In this document: positions 13,534 through 27,002 of the stretch, in pieces | How positions within the stretch are numbered: the stretch's first letter is position 1 | Layout of the letters: each line of letters starts with the position of its first letter | Assembly: GCA_029717555.1 (NCBI GenBank) | Contig: JAMDHS010000005.1 | Location: forward strand, 372,001 to 436,000 | Direction of reading: 5' to 3' | Length of the DNA stretch: 64,000 bases | Source: Peribolospora baueri | Taxonomy: Eukaryota | Notes under the pieces: generated by a model | Told to the model about the DNA's origin: nothing | The model's input: only the letters and a program-made list of their open reading frames with translations | Databases searched by the model: none | Program-made: the position numbers and the translations under genes

Positions 13534-15090
13534 GTTGTGCAGGGAGGAGTGCGAAGACGAGGAGGAAGAGGGCGCGGAAGGGCGAAGATGACGGGCTGTC
13601 TGATGCAGACGGAGAGAGGGGGGTGAGGACGGTATGGTGGTGGTGGTGGAAGAAGAGACGAGGTGTGCGAGGCCGAGTGGTCGCATGTTCCAAGCGAAGA
13701 GAGGACGCAGACGGAGACGGAGATTGAGACGGCGACGGCGAGCGGGAGCGAAGAACGCCAGCCAACCATCGATCGACGCGCTCGCTATGCCCGCCGCCCG
13801 CCGCCCGCCGCCCGCCCGCCAGGCCCGACCCAGCCTCGGCCGGCCTTCGCCCGACGGTCGCATCGATCTCGATGACGACGAGATCTGATCCCACACCCCT
13901 CAGACATCGAGCCCGCACCTAGGGTTAGGGTTCCTTGATTCCCCGTGGGAATCTCGCCACGTCGGCTGCGGGGGCCCAGCACATGCTTACATGAGCGCGC
14001 CCGGACCGGCGATCCGTTGTCGATCTTATCGCGTTTGGGGGAAACGCGGACGACGGGATCAGACGTGAGAGAGCGACAGCGGTGGTGCCTGAGGCGACGT
14101 CGGTCGAAATGGACGCCAGGTCATGTAGTTGTCGGCTGTGCTGTGTGTCGCATGCTCCGTCGTTCAACGCACACATGGATGTGCTCAGGACGGCCAAAAA
14201 AGAAAGACGACGGACGGCGAAGCAAGGCGACACGAGCAGGGCGCGCTCCATCGTCGGCTACAGAGTAACGGTTACGAGTTTGCGCCTGGCTGGCACGCGC
14301 GCTCACGTCGATAAGGAAGAAAGAGAGAGAGGGAAGGAAGGAACGAGGGAGTAAAAAAAAGGAGGACTTGGATCAAGGATGGCGACTGGAAAGCGACCGC
14401 GCCCTCCACTTGCCGGCTTCCAACGGCAGTCCAGGCGGCGAGAAAGCGCGCGCGCGTCGGGTCGTATTGTGGCGACTGCCGACATCGTTCATTCTCTCTG
14501 TGCGCTCCGTCTGTTGACTTTTTCATCCCGCCCTTCCCCGCCTGGCCAGTCGGACGGAACTCTCCAAATGCTACATTCCTCTCCCCTCCCGAGCATTCAT
14601 CAAAATGGGACGGATCCAGCATCCAGCATACAAACCGGACGACGGAGAGAGCTCTGCCCCTGGCCCGTGAAACGACAGATAGATGGCCACGAGTCGGATT
14701 CTCGCGCCGGCGCCGGTTCCCCAGGTCGGGTCGCTCTGCGCATCGACGAGGTATCGTTGCGCTACCGAAGCCTTCCCCCTGCCCCTGTCCCTTTTATTTA
14801 TCTTCCATCTCCAGCGATCAGCGCAGCGCGAATACGCGACGAGCGGCAATCTCACGGTACCATCTACGTCGGACCGCAACGTCTGGTCCACCGCGACCTC
14901 CAAGTTACTCTCTGATACGGTTGGATCGGACAGAACGGTCTTCCTTCTTGTACACAATCTTTGCTTCCCTCCTTTTTTTCAGGTTTCAGCTTGGGCTTCG
15001 GCTTGGGCTTCGGATTCGCCTTGGAATTGGTGTTGGGCTTAGGGGTTCGTATTCGCGTTCGAGTTGGGCTTGTTGAGCTTGAGCTTAAAC

Positions 15091-16938
15091 TTAGGATTTG
15101 AGATTCGAGTTTGGGTCCGAGCCCACGTTGAGTACATCTTCGTGTTCGGGTGCGACTTTGCCTTCGCCACTGCCTTCCGATTCGGATTCGGGTGCGGGTG
15201 CGGCTTCGACTTGGTCGACGGGGAAGTAGCGCGGCAAGAGGTGCTCGTACACCTTCAAGTCTGATTCGCCGAAGATCGTGAAAACGACCCTGTCCAGCTG
15301 CGAGGCGGGCGGAAGTCGCACGGAGTGCGGGGTAGATGTACGTGTGCGTGTAAGGGTACGTATACGGTAGATGGTAATGGTGGGTGGATGGGTGGGCGAC
15401 GGCAACATGAAGAAGTGGTCGGCGTGAGCACATTATATTATCGCCGTCACGTCAAGGGCAAGCTACCCTTTTCCTCTTTCTTCGTCGTCTAAATTCCATC
15501 TCAGCCGAGACGAAGCTCATGGCTTGGCTCAGGTGGTCTCGGGCTCGACAGGGATCCAACGTCGTCTCGTTCGTGCGCCCAACTCACCTCCTTCCCTTCC
15601 GGAGAATCCAAGAACTCTCCGACGGTGTTGAGAGCAATGGGCGTCGCTTTGTGTATGGGGTAGCCATACACGCCTGTGGAGATGCATGGGAAAGCCTGCA
15701 TGCGATAACGGGAGATGCGATATGCGTGCAAGTCCGGTTCCGTTAGGTCGTCCGTCCTCCTCTGATCAGGTCGGCTCCAACGCAAGAAAAACTACACTCA
15801 CGACGCTCTTCAATCCATTTTTCACCGTCTCCTCCAAGCTGCGTCTGTAAGCCGACCTGAGCAGATTCTCATGATCGCCCTCCCAGTCTGTCCCATCGAG
15901 CGCAGGAAAGAACAACGGGATAAGCAATGGGAGCGGGATTGTAAGGTCGAGTAGAAGGCGATGGTATTTTGCCAGACAATCAAGCCAACAAGGTCCCTGT
16001 TCAGGCGACGAGCAGGGTCACACCCCGGGCACAGACCCGTCCGTATTTAGCCCGACATGAGACAGGTCACAAAAAGTGCATCTACCACCTACTCACATTT
16101 CGGCCCGACGGTGAGAACAACCTTCTTGGCCGGAAGATTATACCCAGAAGCCACTTTTGCGTCCCCGGTCTCGCAGCCGCCCATCTTCCTCGTCTCACGT
16201 AACAGACGAGGTCCGGCGGCGCGGTGAATTGCGCCGTCCACTTTTCGTTTCGATAGTTCCACGGGGTGGAAGACATCGAAAAGTCAAATCAGCCCGGCCT
16301 CCTCTCGCAAATTGTTCCAGCGTTTAGGGCGAAAGCATGCGGAACACATTTAAAGTGCAAGCTTACCGCCTCCGCCGCCGAGAAGGGAATTGTTCGCCGC
16401 GTTAACTCTGTGTTCAAGAAGAGCAAGTGTGGAGCACGGGGAAGCGCCATGACAGGTTGTGAGCAGGAAAGATTCTACTAGTTCCTATCCCTATGATCAA
16501 TACATGGACATGACGAAGTCACTAGGGACTGAGCCTGCGAGGCGCGACCGACTTACATGGCATCAATTTTGAGCCTGGTGATATCCCCCTTCCTGCATGT
16601 CAAGCAAGTCAGTGAACGGAAGAAGGATGGACGGAGATCATACGTCGGCCAAAGCCAACAATGACGACCACAATTATTTTCTCTCAGCCTGGACAGATGA
16701 AGGAGGGAATGAACGAATGGACAGGCGAACGGACGGAAGCTCACCACATCGAAATCTTATCAGCGTGCTTGAAAGTCCTATGCGCTAGAGGAGGACCTTC
16801 GGTCGACGAAAAGGCCTTGAAGACGGTAGGGATGTCTTTATACGGGATACTTGCCATGTTGCGTGCAGGCTTATTCAGTTTGGATGGCGTCGGAGCCCCG
16901 AGCGCTCTGGACCGTGCTGTACGAGCGAAGGTTGGCAT
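15091..16938 (-). CDS. Macro-domain protein (MacroD/YmdB type; O-acetyl-ADP-ribose deacetylase / mono-ADP-ribosyl hydrolase-like)
   Basis: Spliced [61 protein letters not shown]. The start may instead be the ATG at 16857. Confidence 0.9.
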
Positions 16939-17645
16939 TGTGTGCTGGAAAGGAAGGGAGAAGGCCAGTAAGGAGCTGCCACAACTTCAAATCTAGCTTG
17001 CGGCAGCTCGCCAGGAGGGTTGAATTACTCACTGGTCAGCGTTGAGAACGATGGAAAACGGCGAGGAGGGTCACGCGTATGAGTAGTCACTTGCGCTCAA
17101 GCATCCTCTATTCTCATCGCGCTGACTAAGCTTTCCTCGAGATCGCTCGCATTGGCTAACGGGGAGCCCAGGAGGGCGAGGTAGAAAAAGCGATTACACC
17201 GGTAGAATTGCTGGGCATGCGAGTTCGGAATCGATCCGTTTTATACACGGCGTGAGGACGGGATGGCGAGCGGAGGGATGGGAAGAGGACAGGGATGGGG
17301 ACGAAGGCAGATAGGGCAACGCGTCATGAAGAGACAGACGGAAGGACGGGCGGACTGAAGGATTGGACGAGAAAGGGAAGAGCGCCACGGCGGGGTGCAG
17401 CGAAAAGGGATGGAGGAACGGGTAAGGTGCAGCAAGGAAAACATCTCGAGAGAGGCAGACGGAAAGTGGAATAATCATGACGAAGACGACGGCGACGAAT
17501 GTGACGATCGTGATCGGTGTGGAAGGAAGTCCGGGAGCTGAACCGAGCCGAGGCGAGAAACGAGAACAGACGAGCGACGATCGCAAACCGAAGGCCGCAT
17601 ATGAGGGCGAAGAAAATATGGGAGAAGGGTTACCAAAATAAAAGC

Positions 17646-20600
17646 TCAGAGCTCCTCGTCCTCGTCCTTGATCTGATCGGGCTTGAGCTGTCATCGATGG
17701 AAAGCAAGACCGGTATAGACATTGTATCAGTTGGGCCCACCCACAGAAGAAGAGACTGAAGGTGAGAGACGATGGTGCGACATCCGTCAATGCGACACTC
17801 ACCAAACCGGGAACGGCCTCGGCCTTTTCCCTCTCCGCCTTGAGCTTAGCAGCCTGCTCGGCCTCCTTCTCCTCAACGTATAGCTCCGTGTTGTCGCCGC
17901 CGAACTCCTTGAGAGAGATAAGGAAGCTACGAAGACCGAGATAGACGACAATCCTTAGCTCTAGACTCTAGACACGTTCCATCCTGCAAGAGAAGCTCTT
18001 TCACTCACTCTCGAAGGTGTGTTTTGAACCTGTTCAAGTCGGTGTTCGTCTCGCACATGCCGATAACGAAAGCCTCGATCTGAGCCTGCGGAACGTGTCC
18101 GAAAGCAGTCTTGAGGCTAATGAACCGCCGCGCGAAAGCCACGATATAGGTCAGCACCACGAGCTATCCAAAGGCGAACAAAAACAATACGAAAGCGAAC
18201 TTACAGGTTGGCGGTGTACTGCCGAATAAAGAGCTGGTTGGTCATGTTAGGATCATTGATCACTGTCGGGTCCCACAACGGCGCCTTAACCTGGCCACTT
18301 TCGATCAGTTTGAAGATCTGCGCCAAAAGGATGCTTTGCATCTTGAAACCTGTAGACCAAAAGTGCGGGAAAATGGAGGATTCAGACGCTGTACATGACA
18401 GAGCAGGGTGCCTTTGTAATCAAACGCAAAAAATGTGACGCACCGCTTTTATGGTCAGTATCCGTGAGCACGAAGAAGACATCCTGGACGATGTTCAGGA
18501 GGTATTGCTGATAGAACTGGTTGGCCACCTCCTCGGGCGACCTTTCGATGTTTTTGATGAACTCGTGACAGACTTTATGGATCGGACACGCAAGAACGCC
18601 TGTAAGCATGGTTGTTCACGGTAGGAAGAGAGGCGACGTATCCAAGAGAGAGCACGAAACTCACTGCTCAAACCGGTCTCCGCGATGTCGCGCATGGTAT
18701 GCTTGATGGCCCAAATGATGCTGTCGATGGTCAGCTTAAACTGTGGTGGCGGCAGCGAAAGGAGAGCTGTTCGGTACCAACCGATAGCGTAGAACGCGAA
18801 GTATGCAGTTAGTCACGGTACGAGAACAAAGACGCCAGATCAAACAGCAGCTGACAGAGATCAAGAAACGCACCAGGGAAGCAGTTCAAGTTAATTTCGC
18901 CAAGTAACTTCCAAAAGCCCACTCGGTGCTCAGGGAACTCCGCAAAGTCCTGGTTAATCATGTTCAACGTCGGCTCAAAGACCCCCTCCAGGATGAGCGG
19001 TACCTGATCGGTGAGGAGGGACTGGATGGGAGGAAGGAAGACGACAAAAAGGGCGCAGAAGAGTCAGTCAAACGGAAGCTGGGACTAACGCCGATCTTCT
19101 GCTAGCCGTATAACACTCACTCCCAATTTCGTAACAATGGCCGCCACAACATTGAGAACCTCAGCATCCCGTGCAGCAGGCACGTTGCGACGGTAGTCGC
19201 CGAGGATAGCCTCGAAGAGCTGGCCAATGAAGGTGTCCTTGATGGCCTGAAGGTCCTCCGCCCGTTTGACATACGTCTCGACGAGCTTGAGGGCCTCTTT
19301 TTTGATTGTCCTCAGGGACCGCACCTTGGGCGTCTTCGTGGCGATTAACCCCTGCTGGACCACCGTCTCGCTGATGATGCCGCTGACCGTGTTGTACAGG
19401 GCGAGCATGTCCATGTAGATCCTTCCTATCTGAGGAAGGAAAAAGGGACCAATGGAAGTACAAGCGGAGACGTTGGTCTTTAGGACGTTGGACAGAATCT
19501 TGATGTTTTCCGGGTTGGACAGCACGTCAACATTCTGTTGGGCTTGGTGCATCAAATCATCCCACTGGAAATATCAACAAGACGAAGCGGGTAGCACATA
19601 GTCTAGTTAGCTCTGCCACTCAACAAACGGGCTTAGACGGCGAGACATGACATACGCACCGCACTATTCGGCATCTCCATTAGCTTCTGGATAAGCCTTT
19701 CCTGCGTCGGCTTGTTCGGCTGTGCACTGATCATGTGACCGACAGCCTCGTAGAAGGTATGCACCTGCAGCGGCGAAAGGTCGACGGTGATTCGGTGAAG
19801 CGTGCGGAGGATCTCGTCGATGAAAGGCTCCGCCTCGCCGTGCTGCTGCATGACGAAGTGCCGTCGGCACTTGTGGGCGATCTTGATGAACGTGTCACAG
19901 GCCATGTCCTGGACGCCTGCGGATGGAAACGATCAGAGAAAGAAGGTGACTTAAGTACAGCCGTCCGCAAATACGATCCGCAGAAAAAACCCAAACAGTG
20001 AGTGTGCAAAGCCTACCCTCGTGTGTCTCGTGCATAAACTCGAATAGCTTGTTGACGACCGTCTTGAGGAACTTCCAGTGTGCCTTAAGGAAGCGCGGAT
20101 ACTGGCCGACGATGTACATGATGTTCGATGCCACCACCGCTTTGTTGTCCTTGCCGCGCTTAGCCTCGCACAGGCCCAGGAGGTCCTTGATGACGGTCAC
20201 CAGGAATCGCTTTTCCGTCTCCTCATCTGTGTGTGATGTAATGATGACTGCGTTAGCGCCACTGGAACTGACCTATTAACGGGATCGCGGAGAACATGGA
20301 GAGTCCCAAACACTCACTCATCGATCCCGAAATGGATCCGATAGCCCAGCAGAGCGTGTTCAAGTTCTGCCACGACCACTCGCTCCCGTCTACCTGCCTG
20401 CTGAGTTTGTCCGTCATAATGCTTTCCGTGTCGAACGTGTCGAGGTGGGTGAGGTACACGAGCACGTCGCGCATGCTCTTGTACAGCACGATCGTATCAG
20501 ACTCTTTCATAAACTCGCGCACGATCTCGCCTTCATCGTTCTCTACGATGAGAACCTGGTGCGGGAACAGAGGGGAGGATGAGCAAGGAATTTGACCGAT

Positions 20601-22548
20601 GCGGGCGTAACGACACACCCACCTCCTCTGGCTTGACCATCTTCTCAATCATGACGAGCCGAAGATTGCTGAGCACGTCGTGGTAGACCTTCTTCCTGCC
20701 TTCCATTCCAGACGCCCTGTAACCCGCTGCGCCGCCCAAGTTGAGGCCCAGCAATGGGTTAATCTCGGCGATTGGCAGCTGCTGGTTCTCTTCGTATAGA
20801 CCTGCGACCAGCTGGAACATACGAAGAAAAACGGATACAGGCAAATGGTTATTCTCAATTACCAAGCGGATAAAGAAGAGCGCGAACCCACGATGCTCCA
20901 GTATTCGAGACAGATCTTGAAGACTTCCCGCTCGTCGACCGTAGAGATCTTGACGAGGTATAGGTGGGCATTGACGACGAGAGGTTGGTACTCGCTGTTT
21001 TCAATCAGCTTGAGGTGCCGACCGAGGAAGTTGGTAAGGAAGAGGGCGAGGTTGAGGACGAATTCCTGTTCCGCGTCCGTGCCGTTCTCGTACGCAGCCT
21101 TGAACGGCGTGGAAGGGGGCATCATCTCGTTGATCGAGGACATGACCATCTGGAACATAATCACGAACTTCTGATCGTACGCCGGTGAGATGCTCAGGTT
21201 AGCAATCTCGGACAAGCACTTGAGTGTCACATTCCGGTAGTCTGGAACGTTGAGGAAACGGGCAACAAGATTGTCGATGATCGTAGTCTCAAAGATGTAA
21301 CCGAGGGGGATCCAGTTGAGGAAGCGGAGCAACGTGTCAAGCGTTGCCTTAATAAGCGTGGGCACCGTAGACGTCGCTAGGATTTCCGAGCAGAGCTGGA
21401 AAATTTCGGCTGTGAACATGTTCGATAGAAATTACCCTTCAGCGTCGCGTTTGTAACAATGCGAAGCGCTCGTGCTCCTGGCGGAGACGACACTCACAGA
21501 ATTCGCCACACATCCGGTGCTTGAGGTTCTTAGCCTTAGCTTGAACCATCTGCTCCGCCGAGTAATCGAAAACCTCCTCGCTGAGCAGCTTGAGAATGAC
21601 CATGTTGTTCTCGGCGAGACTGTTGCTTTCCTTAGAAGAGGCAACCAACTCAGGGATGAATGTCGGCCAGTTGTGCGGCCATTCTTGTTTGAGGATCTAT
21701 GAGATGTGAAGGCGGAGGGAAAGAGAAGGAGCGGCCGGAGACCGAAGGAAAGCGCTCAACGACAATGAGAAATCGACAAAGCCAAGCGCTGCCTCCGAAG
21801 TGTGTGAACAGAGGAAGGGAGTGTGCTCACTTGAACCAAAGTCAAGTTAAGCTTTCCGAGGAACGCTTTCTCCCGTCGAAGGGTGGCCTCGTCCTGGGAG
21901 CACTTGACCACAAGGTCGATGACAAAGTTGCGAATACCACCTCGCTGGCCGGCGGGCAACATCTTCCATCGGGTGGCAATCAGCTTGTCCAGGATCTGGA
22001 GAGCGATGTACTGTGGGCGTGATACATAACGGAGGAGGCGCGAGCGTGATCAGAGTGGAAGTTCGTGAGTGGTTCCTCAAAACTATTTCATGCCAACTAA
22101 AATACGAATGTCTTGATTTGTGCTCACCTTCGACTGAGTGTTTTGCGCATGCTCCAAGATCACCGGCACTCTTTGCCACGCGTCGGGGTTGTCGCCGAAT
22201 TGGGTGAGAACCCGCTGCGCCATTTGTTGCTAAAGGCAAGAAGTAAAGGGAAAAATGAAAGATATAGATAAATGATTGAGTGAAATTCGGGACTGGGAGG
22301 CGATGGCGCGCCCCAGCCCAACAGGAACGGACAGCGGCGGCGCGCTCACCTCCGGACCACTGCCCGTAAGCATGGCCAGGGCGACCCGGTCAAGGAGACC
22401 AACGTCAAGGTCCTGGGACATGTCCAGGATGGCCTTTGATCACAGCAAGGCAACCGCGTAGAAAAGGAAAAGGGTACGATAAGCCATCGAGTGCATTGGA
22501 GGTGGGGTGCGGCCAACTTAGGGGTTGTAACGATCCTCTCACCTCCAT
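17646..22548 (-). CDS. CRM1: Exportin-1 (Crm1/Xpo1)
   Basis: [113 protein letters not shown]. Ends [13 protein letters not shown]. Confidence 0.97.
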
Positions 22549-23074
22549 CTTGTTAGCTCAGACGCGTAAAAGCAGGGTGGGGAAGCAAAAGCGGAAGAGA
22601 AACAGATGGATGGCTCCGGCTGCTCGGGGATCAAACCGGGCTCGACCTGGTTAGAACTCTCGTTCGAACAGTCGTATGATGGAGATGGGGAGGAGTCGGT
22701 GGTGGATGGATGGCGACTGCAATGATCGAACTGCTCGCTCTCGTCTCCTCGGCCCGCCGCAGCCGAACACGCTCGCCGGCTGACAGTAATGGTCACTCAC
22801 TCCCCACGTGGCGAAGCGGTATGCAACCCTAACTCTGCACTGCGGTTGCCACGTTCGACGAACTTTCCTCTCGATTCTTCTGTCCGTTCGTCTCACCGAC
22901 CCATCATCCTCCCACGCGCAGGGTCAGACAGAGCGGCAGAGTCCAGGAGACCCGGGAAGACTATGTGAGGTGAAGGAAGGGGGAGAAAAGGAAGGGAGAG
23001 GGATAATAGCGTATTGTACAAGCACGATGGCGGCAGATGCAGCCCGAGTGGAGAAAGCTCCCTTTTGTGGACGC

Positions 23075-24753
23075 CTAATAGCCACGGAAACCGCGTCCGC
23101 TGGAGAAATAGAGGTGGCAGGGTGAAATAAAAAAGGTCAGCAAGGAGCAAAGACAAGGCAGAGTCCCCTCTTTGCCTAGCGAGGCATGGAACATTTAAGC
23201 CTGCATCTCCACTTACCGGCCTCGTGGCCTGTAGTACCCCCGATACCCTCCACGGAACGCGCCCCGCCCACGGCCACGACCGCGCGCCGCCATGCCGGGA
23301 AGGTTGGTGCGCTTGGCCGTCACCTACAAGAGCGATGGGTGGCCGGGCAGAAGGGTGAAGTGGAAAGAGAACAAAGGCAAAGTCGAAACGTGAATATTCG
23401 TCGAATCCAACGCAAAGGAAACGAATGTAGGGCTCACCTTGATCAACCGACCTCTGAACAAGCTCTCGTTCAACACCATCGCGTTCGCGACCAAAGAAGG
23501 GTCAGCGAACTCGACGTAGGCATACCTTCACAGGAGCGAAGGTGGAGTTGCAGAGGGCGACAGCAAATGTCGTCAGCAACCAGTCGCGTCTCCTGACAGC
23601 TCAAGCAAGAGGATCAAAAAGATGGATAAAACGCTTGCAGCGACAACACACCCTTTTGGATGTCCTGTGAACTTGTCGCACAGGATTGTCACGCGGTTAA
23701 TCGTCCCGCAGCTCTTGAAGTGCTCCTGGAGCTCCTCTGGGGTGGCTCCGTAGTCGACCTGGAGCCGATGAAGCACGCAAAATGAGATCGAGACGAAAAG
23801 CAAGGTATGATGAGCAACAGCCCCACCAGACCTCGCACAGACCAAGTCAATGTCCTTCGCAGCCCACAGCACCTCCACGACCCTGTTGGCTCACATTGCC
23901 AACAAAAATGCTCCGCGAGTCCACCTCCTCCTTCTCCTCTTCCGTCTGCGGCGGTCCAAAGCTCGCGCTCGACGCCGATCCCGAACCCTCGCCCCCGCTA
24001 CCGCCGCCAGACATTTGCTGCTCCACCGCGGCTTGCATCTCTCGCAGCTTGGCCGCCTCGGCCTCCATTTCTCGCACGCGCGCTTTCATGAGTTCGATTT
24101 CCTGTGGGTGTGGGGAGAGGGTAGAGAGGCCAGCAAAAGTGCGTCGTATCGGAGAATGATCGGATAAAACGATGGGCGAAGCCAAGAAATCAGCACCTTA
24201 GTAGCAAAGAGCTGCTTCTAGCTCGGAATGAGACCGTCGTCGCCGTTGTTAACTATGCTCATGAGGTGACCCAGCCTAAACGCATCATAGGTAAGGGAGA
24301 CCTGCATGGCCCAGCCCCTCTCTTAAAACTGTTCGATGGCATCCGTCCTCCTTCATCCCCCTTGGTCCTTCTCATCCGCCTTCGAAGGTCCACTTGCATG
24401 TTCCCCTCAAGAAGCCATACACTTCCCCAACTACCGGATTTCTTCCAAACGCTTCCAGCAGTCTCCACTCCCACCTGCCTCCCTCCGCCGAAAGCACACG
24501 CAAACCTCAAAGAGAGATTAAGGTCGAAAATGGCAAAAACCCCATGTTGCGCAAGAACTTGCGCGAAGCCAGAAGCGCCATACAATATAAAGGAAACACT
24601 CACGTCATCATCCGCAACCTCTTCAGAGCCCACTCCCCCTTGCCCTCCCGATTCGACCTCAGCCCCAGCGCCGTCATACTCCAGCGCACCGTTATTGCTC
24701 GTGGCGGTCGCATCGGCATCGGCAGGTCGGGGCTGCTCTGCTACGTCGGCCAT
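23075..24753 (-). CDS. PAB2: Nuclear poly(A)-binding protein, PABPN1/Pab2/Sgn1-like (coiled coil + single RRM + RGG tail)
   Basis: [83 protein letters not shown] and an RG-rich end ...GRGFRGY*. Confidence 0.92.
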
Positions 24754-25270
24754 TTTCGTCAGCGGTAAGAGCGGTAAATTGGTCCGTCTCGGTAATAAGA
24801 AAAGAGGGGAAAGAAAGGCGACTAATGGCGAGGTAGAAGGGTAAGAAGGAAAGATGACCTGTGGTCTTCGTCGACGGTTATGTTCTCGTCGTGTGTATGG
24901 AGTTTACGTTGGTGGGTGATCGAAGCTTTGATGGCGATCGTGGGAAGAAGGACGTGCTGCGGTCAGCTGGAGGGCGCTATTAGGCTAACGACCTCGCATC
25001 AAGTCTTCCCCACCATCGTCGGTCGGGAGCGGAGGACGACGTCTCCGACCTCGTTCTTCGCATCGCCGGCCCTCTTCCTGCCTACGCAAGCGTTTTCAAG
25101 TTCATGTCCAGCTTGCTCTGCTGCTGGCTCGCCGCATCTTACATGGCCATTGCCGATCAAGGACAGAGACGAGGACGGCGAGAAAGCGTCCGGCTACTCA
25201 TTCCAATCAGCGGCACAAAATATTACCTGGCCAGATTCATTCCACCAGAATGCCTTCGTGGCAGATGCTG

Positions 25271-26467
25271 TCACCCCCAGATGCTATATGTTGACCATGC
25301 CATCGGCACTTTAAAAGAGGGGATGACCCTGGTTTTCGTGCCGTATCTCACCCAGTGTCGCTTATTCGCCGCCACTGACTGACTTGATGACCCTCCGGAA
25401 GACAAGAGCTGTGGACAGCAAACAATCGAAGGTCCAACATCCTTAGCAAGTGGACGCGGCCCCGGTTCAATCCAAAGTGAGCCTGAGCTCAGTGGGCGCT
25501 CGGTACTTTGGTGGTACAGAGCACCTAGCGCTGGGGTGGGCGGCCATGCCGTCGTGCCGGGACGAACTTTGACAAAGGGCATTTCGTTGGAATAGGCGTA
25601 GACTGTGGCCTTTGCAAGGTTTCTCGGCGTCGCCCTTGCTGGCAAAGGACAGCGCACCAGTGACAGGTTTGCCTCGAACGAAATGCCACGGGCCACGGTG
25701 ACGACGCGAGCGAGAGCCAGAGTCTCGACCGTCTTTTCCTAAAAATTTACCGTAGAAGGTCTCTGCAATTCGCGCCGATTAGTAAAAAGCGCTCCGATGG
25801 GGAGATCGCACATCCCACACGACACTACCCGGCACCTTGTCTTTGTTCCCTCAACGCACGCATTGCTTGTGGAAAATGTCTTGCATTGAACCAGTCTGAA
25901 CGAGGGAACGTATGCATCCACTTCCTATCCTGTCGTGCAAAGAAGCGGCACCGCTTCCCTGTGAGGAGGCCATGCCGATAGACTGCGTGTGCGTGAGATT
26001 TGAGAGCCCCAAGCTGAAAGCAGAAGGGGACTTGCCTCGTATTCAGCGTAAGCAGGTGGATGATAGGTGAAGTTGGCATGGCGCAAAGTCTTTTTGAAAA
26101 TCTGTTTGCCGACCGGGGACGGTTCATAGGAGGCCGCCGGGCAGCGCCAAAGAGGCGCGCGGCTGGGAGAAACGCACGGACTTCGGGCAAATTGAAATAC
26201 GTTGGCGCGGAGAGCCGTCCGGCCAGGCCCTTTGGTCTAGGAAAAGAGTAGCAGAGCGGGTGACGAATCCCACGAGCAAGATCTTAAGGAAAGCACCATA
26301 AAATTGGAGACTTCGGTATACTCACAGCTCGAAAGGATCCGGACACATATGCACCCGCAAGCAGCAAGCAGCTGCGCCCCATCCGACACTATGGAATATG
26401 TAGACCGCTGCAGACCGCTCCGTTCGGGTTCCGCCCGATGACCATGTCCCATCAAATCGTACAGCAT
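25271..26467 (-). other. Putative multi-exon orphan gene or spliced lncRNA
   Basis: Chain of five intron-like segments with donors and acceptors typical of this genome. Splicing them gives an open 202-aa frame with no motif I recognise. Confidence 0.35.
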
Positions 26468-27002
26468 ACTTATTGTGAGGTACGGCTGGACGCGGTGGGG
26501 AAGCGGCGGACGGACAGAGCGAGGAACCGAAGACAGCCATGCGCCGGGGAAAGCACTCCTTAAGAAGCCGGTGGTGCCCAGACCAGAGTGTCGAGGCGGT
26601 CAGACTCGACACGCTGGGTACGATCCGCGACCTCGACGAAAGAGAAATGACACCAAGAGATGTCATGTCGGGATGGTTATCGACGAATGCAGCCCTCGAC
26701 GCCCCAGACCGGGCACGTGAATGGCTGGATGCGCGCGTCCCCTGTTACGTGCTACCATCATCATCACACAGTAAGGCCTGCTGCTGCTGGAAGCCATCTT
26801 CGCCGCCCGCCCTCCGGTCGAACTCGGGACTCGTGTGCAGTAGCCAAAGGCGAGCTCGAGGTCGCCGCGGATGCGGCAAGGCCCCAGGGAGCAGGGAAGG
26901 GGGGCAGGGGGCTCACGAAATATCACCCCGGTCGCAGACACCTCGTCTGGACGGTCATACAGTTAGTTATTCAAAAGGGCCTGGCACAACCAGCGGCATG
27001 GG

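Noticed and set aside
16410..16556. Hairpin plus ANANNA-like motif in a macro-domain intron (possible H/ACA snoRNA)
   Set aside because: The second hairpin is too short and no rRNA guide pocket is identifiable.
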